Source: an uncultured Fibrobacteraceae bacterium (GTDB taxonomy: Bacteria; Krumholzibacteriota; Krumholzibacteriia; LZORAL124-64-63). Taken from it: a DNA stretch of 64,000 bases. A program made the translations under genes and the position numbers. Shown piece by piece: positions 53,734-62,293 of the stretch; within the stretch, counting starts at the first letter, position 1, and each line of letters begins with the position of its first letter. Under the pieces are notes generated by a model that was not told the origin of the DNA, did not search any database, and was given only the letters and a program-made list of their open reading frames with translations. Location of the stretch: assembly GCA_964637835.1 (NCBI GenBank), contig CAZWYF010000005.1, positions 37,426 to 101,425 of the forward strand. Reading direction: 5' to 3'.

Positions 53734-54393
53734 TCAGCGGATCGAGACCACGGTCCCGATGTCGTCCCCCATGATCTCCTCGGTGGTGCCGTCGTTGAAG
53801 GCGGTCTCCCACGCGCCGTTGGGGCCGGCGCTCAGCACGTACACCTTGTGCCGCTCGGTGCCGCCGTAGCGGCCGCCCGGCAGGTAGCGGGTGTTGACCA
53901 CGTAGGCGTTGCCCCAGGGATCCTTGACGTCGTAGCTCTCGAGGTAGGGGCCCTTCCAGGCGCCCTTGCCCGTGGTGGGCCAGTCCTGGCCGTCCTGGTT
54001 GGCGCCGCGATCGCCGGAGTCGTCGTCGGGGTTGTTGTAGTAGAGGTAGTCGCCGAGGTGCTTGTCGTTGCCGTAGCGGCCCCAGTTGGCCGCGCCGGCG
54101 GCGGCGTCGGGGCCGGCCCCGCGGGCGATCACGGAGTGGGAGACGATCCGGTCGATGCGGTTGCCGGTGGGACCGTTGGCGTCGGTGTAGGGCCAGGCGC
54201 CCACGTCCTTGTAGTAGTTGAGGATCGCGGTGGCGATGGTCTCGGCCTCGTTCTGCGCCTTGCCCACCTTGGCGTCCTCCAGGTGACGGAACACCATGGG
54301 GCTGATGGCGGCGGCGAAGATGGCGACGATGGCCACGGCGATCACGATCTCGATGAGCGTGAAGCCGCGGCGGTCGTGGCGGCGGGTCTTCAT
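53734..54393 (-). CDS. gspG: type II secretion pseudopilin (GspG-like)
   Basis: The prepilin motif RGFTLIEIVIAVAIVAIFAA and the GspG block DPWGNAYVVN are present. Confidence 0.8.
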   Translation of the reverse strand: MKTRRHDRRGFTLIEIVIAVAIVAIFAAAISPMVFRHLEDAKVGKAQNEAETIATAILNYYKDVGAWPYTDANGPTGNRIDRIVSHSVIARGAGPDAAAGAANWGRYGNDKHLGDYLYYNNPDDDSGDRGANQDGQDWPTTGKGAWKGPYLESYDVKDPWGNAYVVNTRYLPGGRYGGTERHKVYVLSAGPNGAWETAFNDGTTEEIMGDDIGTVVSIR

Positions 54394-54597
54394 GGTCGTG
54401 CGGTCCTTTCCATGGGGCGAGGCCTCGATCCGGGCCGGCTAAGGCGCCCCGCCGGACGTATTGCGCGCCCGGGACGCCTTCTGACGAGCACCCCGGAGAT
54501 CGGCCGTTTCGGGGGCGACTTTAGCGGTGTCCGCGATCCGGTGATCCTTTCACCTCCGCGGTTGACCCTCGAGCCTCCGCAGGACACCTTGAACGCC

Positions 54598-55533
54598 ATG
54601 GGACCTCTCTTGCCATCTCGCCGTCTCCGGGGACGATCCCGCTCTGCACGGCCTCGCCCCGCGCCGGCGCCGATCCGCTCGTCCCGCGTGGCTGCGGGCG
54701 CGACGGCCGCGGCCGGGCTGCTGCTGGCGGCCGTGTTCCTGGCCGGACCGACCGGTCCGGCGGCCACGGCCCGCGCGGCCGCCGGGCCGAACGGCCTGGC
54801 GCCCGATCCGGACGTCCTGCGCGAGCAGGTGCGCGACCCCCTGTTCGCCATGGTGTTCCTGCTGACCGAGGCCGACAGCCTGGGCACCTGGACGGCGGCG
54901 GACGTCGAGGCCTTCGCCGGGCGCTGGGGCGGGCGGTCCGACTTCCCGGTGGCCGAGCACCTGGAGAGCCTCACCCGGGAGGCGTTGCCGCCGGATCAGG
55001 TCCGCGAGCGGCGCGGCCTGCGGTGCGACCGGCGCTGGCTGGTACGCCTGAGCCCGGCGCGACTGGAGATGCCCATGCCCTACAGCATCCTCGGCTATCA
55101 CCCCGGCTCGCTCAGCTTCCAGACGCCCATCGAGCTGCACGAGTGGCGGCTGGGTCACGTCAGCCTGCAGGTCCCCGACGGGGACGGCGGCCAGGTGCGC
55201 CGGCCGGCCAGCGGGGTGACCATCTGGCAGATCACCGGCGGCTGGATCATCCTGGACGTGGATGCCTGGGTGGACCGTCTGCTGGGCAAGGCGGCCGACG
55301 ACGCGGCCATGGCCGGGTTCACCGCCGCGCGCGTGGGCGGCGACCTGGTGGGCGTGGGCAACAGCACCGGCCGCGACGGCCGCCGGCTGCTGGGCGAGCT
55401 GGACTTCCGCAGCGGCGAGGTGGCCACTCACGGCCGGCCGGTGGCGAAGGGGCTCAGCTGGCTGGCGCGGCGCTGGCTGCGCGAGCCGGGTGAGGACCCG
55501 CGCGAGGTCTGGCGGCGCTACGAGGCCGACTGA
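54598..55533 (+). CDS. hypothetical secreted protein
   Basis: It lies in frame within the track ORF 53848..55533. ATG at 54598 is followed by a signal-like segment AAAGLLLAAVFLAGP. No family was recognised. Confidence 0.45.
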   Translation: MGPLLPSRRLRGRSRSARPRPAPAPIRSSRVAAGATAAAGLLLAAVFLAGPTGPAATARAAAGPNGLAPDPDVLREQVRDPLFAMVFLLTEADSLGTWTAADVEAFAGRWGGRSDFPVAEHLESLTREALPPDQVRERRGLRCDRRWLVRLSPARLEMPMPYSILGYHPGSLSFQTPIELHEWRLGHVSLQVPDGDGGQVRRPASGVTIWQITGGWIILDVDAWVDRLLGKAADDAAMAGFTAARVGGDLVGVGNSTGRDGRRLLGELDFRSGEVATHGRPVAKGLSWLARRWLREPGEDPREVWRRYEAD

Positions 55534-55574
55534 CCTGGCACCGCTCCGCTCGCTGGCATATGTTCTGGGGTGCC

Positions 55575-55847
55575 ATGGAACGCATCGACATCACCGTCAC
55601 CGGTCGCGTCCAGGGCGTGGGCTTCCGCTGGCACACCGTCCGACAGGCCACCGCCCTCGAGCTCGCGGGCTGGGTCCGCAACCAGCCCGACGGCTCGGTG
55701 CGCATCGTGGCCGAGGGCGAGCATCCCGCGCTCGAGGCGCTGCTGGGCTGGGCCCGGCAGGGGCCCGATCATGCCCTGGTGGAGGACTGCCAGGCGCAGT
55801 GGCAGCAGGCCACGGGCGAACTCCAGGGCTTCGACGTCGCCCGCTGA
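55575..55847 (+). CDS. acyP: acylphosphatase
   Basis: The VTGRVQGVGFRWHT signature is present. An alternative ATG lies at 55560. Confidence 0.8.
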   Translation: MERIDITVTGRVQGVGFRWHTVRQATALELAGWVRNQPDGSVRIVAEGEHPALEALLGWARQGPDHALVEDCQAQWQQATGELQGFDVAR

Positions 55848-55862
55848 ACAGGGGTTTGCTGC

Positions 55863-56759
55863 ATGACCCAGCGCCTGCTCGTGGCCCTCGACATGGACGG
55901 CACCCTCCTGGCCACCGAGACCGAGGACCGTCTGCGCCGGCGCGAGATCGCCGCCCTGGAGGCCGTGCGCGCCGCGGGCCACGCGGTGGCCATCTGCACC
56001 GGCCGCAACCGCCGCTCCCTGGCCGGCCTGCTCGAGCGCAGCGCCTGGCATCCGGCCGACCTGCCCACCGTCACCCTCAACGGCGCGGTGGTCGACGGCG
56101 GGGCCGCGCGCGGCCTGCTGGCGCACCACAGCCTGCCGCGCCCCCTGGTGGCCCGCCTGGTGGCGCTCTTCATCGAGCACGGCGCCGTCCCCATGGTCTA
56201 CGCCACCGAGGCGGACGACGGCCACCTGCACTACCTCGAAGCGCCCCCCAATTCCATCCTGCGCCACTACCTGGAGCACCGGCGCGAGCGCGTCGGCGCC
56301 CTCTCCGCCCATGCCGACCTCGATGCCGGCCTGCCGGAGGCCGCCCTGGAGGTGGGCACCATCGACCGCCGCGAGGTGATCGATCCCTTGACCGCGGCCA
56401 TCCGCGCCGAGCTGGACGGCGCCGTCCGCGTGATCAACACCCGCTCGCTGCTCGGGCAGGGGCAGTACTTCTGGGCCGAGGCCTACCACCACGCCTGCAG
56501 CAAGGGCACCGGCGTGCAGCTGCTGGCCCGCGAGCTGGGCATCGCCCCGGACGCCATCGTGGCCATCGGCGACAACTTCAACGACCTCGACATGTTCGCC
56601 GTGGCCTCCCTCGCGGTGGCCGTCCGCGGCGGACCGGAGGAGGTGCAGGCGGCGGCCGACCACGTGGCCGACGCGCCCGAGCAGAGCGGCGTGGCCGCCG
56701 TGCTCGAGCAGATCGCCGCCGGCACGTTCGAACCCCTGCGCGACGAGGAACCCGCATGA
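55863..56759 (+). CDS. Cof-type HAD-IIB family hydrolase (sugar/phospho-metabolite phosphatase)
   Basis: DMDGTLL at the N-terminus and GDNFNDLDM at the C-terminus are the HAD motifs I and IV. Confidence 0.8.
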   Translation: MTQRLLVALDMDGTLLATETEDRLRRREIAALEAVRAAGHAVAICTGRNRRSLAGLLERSAWHPADLPTVTLNGAVVDGGAARGLLAHHSLPRPLVARLVALFIEHGAVPMVYATEADDGHLHYLEAPPNSILRHYLEHRRERVGALSAHADLDAGLPEAALEVGTIDRREVIDPLTAAIRAELDGAVRVINTRSLLGQGQYFWAEAYHHACSKGTGVQLLARELGIAPDAIVAIGDNFNDLDMFAVASLAVAVRGGPEEVQAAADHVADAPEQSGVAAVLEQIAAGTFEPLRDEEPA

Positions 56760-58390
56760 GCAAGCCCCATCCCGACCCCTGGCCCCTCGACGAGGGTGGC
56801 GCGCCCGAGGCGTCCCGCGATCCCGGCCGTCAGCCGGAGCTGGATTCCGGCCTGGAGAACCTGCGCCAGACGGGTTACGCCTTCGTGGACCTGGTGCTCG
56901 ACTACTTCACCGGCCTGGAGGGCCGCCGCGTCTACGGCCCGGTGTCGCCCATGGGCCTGGACGACCTCTTCGCCGAGGACCTGCCCGAGGAGGGCACCTC
57001 CTTCGCCGAGCTGGTGCAGGAATGCCGCACCCGGGTCTTCCCCAACACCATGGCCATCGGCAGCCGCCGCTACTTCGGCATGATGAACCCGGCGCCATTG
57101 CCGGTGGCCGTGCTGGCCGAGGCGCTCACCGCGGCCATGAACCAGAACGCCGCCAGCTGGCGGCACGCGCCGGCGGGCACGGCCATCGAGAAGCGGGTGA
57201 TCCGCTGGCTGTGCGACCTGTTCGGGTTGCCGGAGACCAGCTTCGGCACCTTCACCGACGGCGGCTCGCTGGCCAACATCACCGGCCTGAAGCTGGCCAT
57301 CAACCGGGCCCTCGGCCGCCACCTCTCCCAGCTGGACAACGACGCGCCGCCGGGACCGGAGATGGCGAAGCTCACCTTCTACGTCTCCGACCAGGGCCAC
57401 TACAGCTTCACCAAGGCGGTGGACCTGCTGGGCCTCGGCCGCGGGCAGCTGCGCAAGCTGCCCACCGACCGGCTCTACCGCATCGACCTGGCGGCCCTCG
57501 AGGCCGCCATCATCGCGGACCTGGAAGCGGGCCTGAAGCCATGCTGCGTGATCGGCATCGCCGGCACCACCAACACCGGCTCCATCGACAAGCTGGCCGA
57601 GCTGGCGGCCATCGCCCGGCGCCACGACTGCTGGTACCACGTGGACGCGGCCTATGGGGGGGCGGTGGTGCTGTCGGATCGCTACCGGCCCATGCTGCGC
57701 GGCATGGAGGAGGCCGATTCGATCACCGTCGACCCCCACAAGTGGTTCTACATGCCCTTCTCCGCCGGCGGCATCCTGGTGCGCGAGGGCGACTTCCTGC
57801 GGCAGAGCTTCCTCGTGCACCCGGAGTACTACATGCAGAAGGTGCAGGCGGACGAGAACGGCGAGGCCGAGGAATTCGACGAGTTCGGCCGGCGCATCAT
57901 CCCCGACCCGCGCGGCTTCCACACCGGCGACAAGGTGAACTTCTTCCAGTACGGCATCGCCGGCAGCCGCCGCTTCAACGCCCTGAAGCTGTGGATGTCG
58001 CTCAAGCTGGTGGGCCGGCGCCAGTTCGGCGACTGGGTGGAGAACGACATCTACCTCGCCCGCCTGCTCGCCGGCCTGCTGCGGCGCGAGCCGGACTTCG
58101 AGGCCCTGGGCCCCAACACCCTGGGGGTGTGCAACGTGCGCTGGGTCCCGCGGAACTCCGATGGCGCGCCGCGGTTCGACGAGGAGCGCACCGACCAGCT
58201 CAATCGCCAGCTCCAGGAGCAGGTGGAGCGTGAAGGTGACGCCTGGTTCAGCTACACTGTCCTGCGCGGCCGGACGGCCCTGCGCATGAACGTCGAGAAC
58301 CGGCGCATGCGCCGCGAACACATCGAGCGGCTGGTGCGGGTGATCCGCCGCACCGCCGATCAGATCCTGCGCTCGCAGGTCAACCCGTAG
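56756..58390 (+). CDS. PLP-dependent group II decarboxylase (aromatic-L-amino-acid / L-2,4-diaminobutyrate decarboxylase family)
   Basis: ATG at 56756 overlaps the HAD stop (ATGA). The PLP-lysine motif is ITVDPHKWFYMPFSAGG. 544 aa. Confidence 0.8.
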   Translation: MSKPHPDPWPLDEGGAPEASRDPGRQPELDSGLENLRQTGYAFVDLVLDYFTGLEGRRVYGPVSPMGLDDLFAEDLPEEGTSFAELVQECRTRVFPNTMAIGSRRYFGMMNPAPLPVAVLAEALTAAMNQNAASWRHAPAGTAIEKRVIRWLCDLFGLPETSFGTFTDGGSLANITGLKLAINRALGRHLSQLDNDAPPGPEMAKLTFYVSDQGHYSFTKAVDLLGLGRGQLRKLPTDRLYRIDLAALEAAIIADLEAGLKPCCVIGIAGTTNTGSIDKLAELAAIARRHDCWYHVDAAYGGAVVLSDRYRPMLRGMEEADSITVDPHKWFYMPFSAGGILVREGDFLRQSFLVHPEYYMQKVQADENGEAEEFDEFGRRIIPDPRGFHTGDKVNFFQYGIAGSRRFNALKLWMSLKLVGRRQFGDWVENDIYLARLLAGLLRREPDFEALGPNTLGVCNVRWVPRNSDGAPRFDEERTDQLNRQLQEQVEREGDAWFSYTVLRGRTALRMNVENRRMRREHIERLVRVIRRTADQILRSQVNP

Positions 58391-58429
58391 ACCCCGGTCG
58401 TCAGACCGCTACCCGAGGAGACACCACTC

Positions 58430-58951
58430 ATGCGGACCCTGCGCCTGCTGCTCTGCCTGATCGTCCTGCTCTCGCTGGTCGCCGTTCCGGCGCTGGCCGG
58501 CCCCGCCGCCAGTCCCGGCAAGACCCAGCCGCCGCGGAGCACCGCCGACGTGGTCGCGGCTTCCGTCCAGCCCGCCCAGCTCTCGGGGATGGCCGGTGGC
58601 GAGGTGAGCTTCACCGTGCACCTGGACATCGCCGACACCTGGCACCTCTACGACCACAGCTACACCGAGGACCCCGAGGCCTTCTTCATCGGCCTGGACA
58701 TGCTGCCCGGCGAGGGCGCGGATCTGGCCGGCTACAAGGCCGTCTTCCCCGCGGGCGACACCGGCGAGTTCATGGGCGAGGAGGTGGTCATGCTGCACCA
58801 CGACGCCGAGATCGCGGTGACGGTGAAGCTGCCGCAGGACGCCAGCGGCCGGTGGGAGATCCCCCTGGTGATCACCGCCCAGGCCTGCGACGACAAGGTC
58901 TGCCTGCAGCCCTCGGACATCCCGGTGACGGCCGAGGTGATGGTGGAGTGA
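58430..58951 (+). CDS. secreted DsbD N-terminal (alpha) domain-like thiol-disulfide protein
   Basis: GAGGAG SD. A signal peptide is present. ...ITAQACDDKVCLQP resembles the DsbD-alpha CxxxxC segment. Confidence 0.55.
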   Translation: MRTLRLLLCLIVLLSLVAVPALAGPAASPGKTQPPRSTADVVAASVQPAQLSGMAGGEVSFTVHLDIADTWHLYDHSYTEDPEAFFIGLDMLPGEGADLAGYKAVFPAGDTGEFMGEEVVMLHHDAEIAVTVKLPQDASGRWEIPLVITAQACDDKVCLQPSDIPVTAEVMVE

Positions 58952-59241
58952 ACCCGTCGCGGACCCAGGACGACCGCAACATCTACGTGGGCAGCCTGCC
59001 GCTCGACGCGGACGAGGCCGAGCTGCGCGCCCTCTTCGCGCCCCATGGCGAGGTGCTCTCGCTGCACCTGATCCGGGACCGCGAGACCGGCGCCAGCCGG
59101 GGCTTCGGCTTCGTCAAGCTGGATCCGGCCAGCGTGCAGGCCGCCGTGGACGCGCTTGACGGGATGGAGCTGCGGGGCTGTCGTGTGCGGGTGAACGTGG
59201 CCCGCGACAAGGGAGCGCGCGCGCCGCGGCGGCGGTACTGA
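58948..59241 (+). CDS. RNA-binding protein with RRM domain
   Basis: GTG at 58948 overlaps the upstream stop and has a GAGGTG SD. RNP2 IYVGSL and RNP1 RGFGFVKL are present. Confidence 0.75.
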   Translation: MNPSRTQDDRNIYVGSLPLDADEAELRALFAPHGEVLSLHLIRDRETGASRGFGFVKLDPASVQAAVDALDGMELRGCRVRVNVARDKGARAPRRRY

Positions 59242-59263
59242 CCCTGGACCGGAGGAGGCCCGC

Positions 59264-59620
59264 ATGTTCCCGTTCGTCATGCACTGGCTGGTGGTCGCGG
59301 TGGCCCTGGGCCTGACGGCCTGGCTGGTGCCCGGGGTGGCGGTGTCGTCCCCGCTGGCCCTGCTCGTGGCGGCCCTGGTCTACGGCTTCCTCAACGCCCT
59401 GCTCAAGCCGGTGCTGGTGATCCTCACCCTGCCGCTGACCATCCTGACCCTGGGCCTGTTCTACCTGGTGCTCAACGCCATCCTCTTCGCCCTGGCCTCG
59501 GTGCTGGTCCCGGGCTTCGCGGTGGCCGGCTTCGGCCCGGCGTTCGTCGGCGCCATCATCATGAGCCTGCTCTCCATGCTCCTGGGCTGGCTGACGGGCA
59601 CGGGGCAGCGGCCCGCCTGA
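59264..59620 (+). CDS. DUF360 / phage holin family 4 (YvlD-like) membrane protein
   Basis: GGAGGAGG SD. The sequence ...LTAWLVPGVAVSS...LVAALVYGFLNALLKPVLVILTLPLTILTLGLF... matches YvlD. Confidence 0.75.
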   Translation: MFPFVMHWLVVAVALGLTAWLVPGVAVSSPLALLVAALVYGFLNALLKPVLVILTLPLTILTLGLFYLVLNAILFALASVLVPGFAVAGFGPAFVGAIIMSLLSMLLGWLTGTGQRPA

Positions 59621-59629
59621 TCACGCCGC

Positions 59630-59700
59630 CTTCTCTCGCCCCCCTCGCGGAGGCGCGCGCCCCGCCGCGCGCCGCGCGGCACCGCGCGCGAGGCAGGGGT
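59630..59700. repeat. GC-rich (CGCG-type) palindromic element; candidate terminator or REP-like hairpin
   Basis: The outer arms CCTCGCG ... CGCGAGG flank several self-complementary CCGCGCGG blocks. It lies after the DUF360 stop. Confidence 0.35.
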
Positions 59701-59844
59701 TGGTTCGCGGATTCCGATCCTGTATTCTCAGTGGCGTTCGCCGCTGGCCACGCCAGTGGTGCGCTGCCCCGGGACCCGGTCCGCCACGGCCGAATCACCG
59801 GCCACGGGCGTTCTGCCGCCGGGCCCGCAGCCGGGAGTGCCGCC

Positions 59845-62265
59845 ATGCGCCGGATCTCGCCCGCCCTCATCGCCGTCGCCCTGTTCCTCGCCGTCCTGGT
59901 CCCGACCCCCGCGCTGGCGGACGGGCCGGACTGCTTCCCGTACGAGACCACCAGCGCGTGGAGCGATCCCCTCGGGCTCGACGAGCCGGTGGTGGCCATC
60001 GCCGGGAGCGAGGGCCTGCTGGCCTGCGCCACCGCTGCGCGGCTGTTCCTGGTGGACGTGACCGACCCCGCGGCACCGGCGGTGCTGGGCAGCACGGACC
60101 TCGCCGCGCCGGCCACGGTGCTGGCCATCTGCGGGACGCACGTGGTCGCCGGCGGCCAGCTCGCCCACCTCTACGACATCGCCGATCCCACGACGCCCAT
60201 GCTGGTCGCGACCGAGAACCTGCTCTCGACGGTAAGGGACCTCGCGGCCGGCCCGCACTGGCTCGCGGCGGTCACCGACCATGGCGCCCTCCACGTCTGG
60301 CGGCGCCCCCTCGATCCCGCCTTCGTGGCGGACTGGACCGTCTCCGCCGCGGGGCACGTCCATGGCGTGGCGGCCTGGCAGGAGCGCCTGGTCGCCGCGG
60401 CCGATGAGCTCGTGGTCCTCGCCGTGCCCGCGGCCGGCGAGCCGGGAACGCCGGTGGTGGAGCGGTCCTTCCGGCCGGTGCCCGAGCCGTACTGGGGCCG
60501 GCCGCTGGATCTGGCCGTGGCCGGAGACGTCGCCCTCGTGTCCTTCGAATGGTGGATCCCCGTGGCGGCGCCGGCGGCGGGCCACCGCGTCGACGGCGGT
60601 GATGAGCGCCCACAGGCCGCGGGCCGCGACGAGCCCCTCGAGCCGGCGCTCCTGGTGGGGGTCGACCTCGCCGCCACCGCCGATCCCGGGCAGCATCCCG
60701 CCTCCTACCGGCAATTGATGCACGCGCCGCGGCCGGCGCTGGCGTCCACCGGAACGGCCCTGGCCGTGGCGGGCGAGTCGCTGCTGGTCTGCACGCCCGA
60801 CGCCCTGCTGGCGGGCCCGTGGCTCCAGCCGGCGCTGGCGTTCCCGTCCGACCTCGAGACCCGGCTGGCCGGCGCCGGCTCGCTGCTCGCCCGCCTCGAT
60901 GGCGGCGTGGTCCGCCTGCTGCCCACCGCGCCGGTGGTGGCGGCGGACCCGCTGGTCCAGTCCCCGGCGGTCCGCCGCGGGCGCCTCCTGGGTCGCTGGA
61001 CCACCCACGACACGGCGGATCACCCCCTGCAGACCGTCTACGAGCGGCAGCTCCTCTACCACGAGGACCCCCGGGCCCCGCGCCTGGTCGCCACGTTCTC
61101 CATGGTCGATCACCTGGAGCTCGGTCATGGCGCCCAGCTGGTGGCGGCCGATGGTGCGCTGGCGGTGGTCGAGATCTACGATGCGACCGGTCCCTTCGCC
61201 CGGCAGCTCCATGACGGCAGCCTGCCGGACCCGGCCCCGGTTCCGCTGGACGTGCCCATGGAGGAGCTGGCGCTCTCGGGACCGCGTCTGGTCGCGGCCG
61301 CCGGCGGCGACCTCGTCTGCGTGGATCTCGCCGACCCCGCCGCGCCGCAGGACGCCGGGTCGCTCGCCCTGGGGGCCGGCGGCATCGTGCGGCTGGAGTT
61401 CCTCGATCCCCATCACGTCCTGGCCTGGACCCATGCCCACTGGGCCACCGTGGACGTGAGCGATCTGGACGCCCCGCAGCTGGTGGCCATGGCGCCGCGT
61501 GCCGGCGGTCCCCTCGGCGTGGCGAACGGCCTGGTCTTCACGCGCGACGACGGCGGCACCATGAGCATCCACGACCTGCAGCTGCAGCTGGTCGGTCAGG
61601 TGTCCGGCCAGGGGTTCGCCTCGGCCATGGCCAGCCGTGGCGACCTGGTCGCCGTGGCCTGGCGCGACGAGGGCGTGGACCTGGTCGACCTCTCCGACCC
61701 GGGTCAGCCGACGCGTCTGCAGCGCACGGTCGACCCCGGCGGCCAGTACGTCTACGGCCTGGGCTTCGGCGAGCCGGCCTCCGGCGGCGAGGTCGTCCAC
61801 CTGGCCATGGGGCGCAACGGGGTGCAGGTGGCCCTGTTGCACCCGGCGGCCGGTGGCCGGATCCTGGGTGGAGTGGGCGAGGACGCCACGGCGCTGACGG
61901 TGACCGACGTGGGGGTGCTGACGCCCAGGTCGTCGTGGCCGCTGCAGTGCGGCGTGATCACCGCCACCGGGCCGCAGGTGCCCGCGGCGGCGCGGCCCCT
62001 GCTGACGGTGGCGCCCAACCCGTTCAATCCGCGCACGAGCATCCGCTTCGCGGTGCCGCGCCCCGGGCCGGCGACGCTGAGCCTGCTGGATCTGCGGGGC
62101 CGGCTGGTGCGCCGACTGGCTGACGGCGACCTGGCCGCCGGCCAGCACACGCGGGTCTGGGACGGGACCGATCGCCACGGCCGTCCGGTGAGCGCGGGCG
62201 TCTACCTGCTGCAGCTGCGGACCAGCGGGGGCGTGGCCACCGGCCGCCTGGCCCTCGTCCGCTGA
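59845..62265 (+). CDS. secreted LVIVD-repeat beta-propeller protein with T9SS-like C-terminal sorting domain
   Basis: ATG at 59845 has a GGGAGTG SD and a signal peptide MRRISPALIAVALFLAVLVPTPALA. Repeated motifs L.LVDV.DP..P are present. The C-terminus is LTVAPNPFNPRTSIRFAVPRPGPATLSLLDLRGRLV...AGVYLLQLR. Confidence 0.8.
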   Translation: MRRISPALIAVALFLAVLVPTPALADGPDCFPYETTSAWSDPLGLDEPVVAIAGSEGLLACATAARLFLVDVTDPAAPAVLGSTDLAAPATVLAICGTHVVAGGQLAHLYDIADPTTPMLVATENLLSTVRDLAAGPHWLAAVTDHGALHVWRRPLDPAFVADWTVSAAGHVHGVAAWQERLVAAADELVVLAVPAAGEPGTPVVERSFRPVPEPYWGRPLDLAVAGDVALVSFEWWIPVAAPAAGHRVDGGDERPQAAGRDEPLEPALLVGVDLAATADPGQHPASYRQLMHAPRPALASTGTALAVAGESLLVCTPDALLAGPWLQPALAFPSDLETRLAGAGSLLARLDGGVVRLLPTAPVVAADPLVQSPAVRRGRLLGRWTTHDTADHPLQTVYERQLLYHEDPRAPRLVATFSMVDHLELGHGAQLVAADGALAVVEIYDATGPFARQLHDGSLPDPAPVPLDVPMEELALSGPRLVAAAGGDLVCVDLADPAAPQDAGSLALGAGGIVRLEFLDPHHVLAWTHAHWATVDVSDLDAPQLVAMAPRAGGPLGVANGLVFTRDDGGTMSIHDLQLQLVGQVSGQGFASAMASRGDLVAVAWRDEGVDLVDLSDPGQPTRLQRTVDPGGQYVYGLGFGEPASGGEVVHLAMGRNGVQVALLHPAAGGRILGGVGEDATALTVTDVGVLTPRSSWPLQCGVITATGPQVPAAARPLLTVAPNPFNPRTSIRFAVPRPGPATLSLLDLRGRLVRRLADGDLAAGQHTRVWDGTDRHGRPVSAGVYLLQLRTSGGVATGRLALVR

Positions 62266-62293
62266 TCCGCCATCACACCCCGGAAGGAGCGTC

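Noticed and set aside
59690-59730. tRNA-like GGTTCG...ATTCC fragment
   Set aside because: No acceptor, D or anticodon stems can be built around it. It is most likely part of the GC-rich palindromic spacer, not a tRNA gene or att site.
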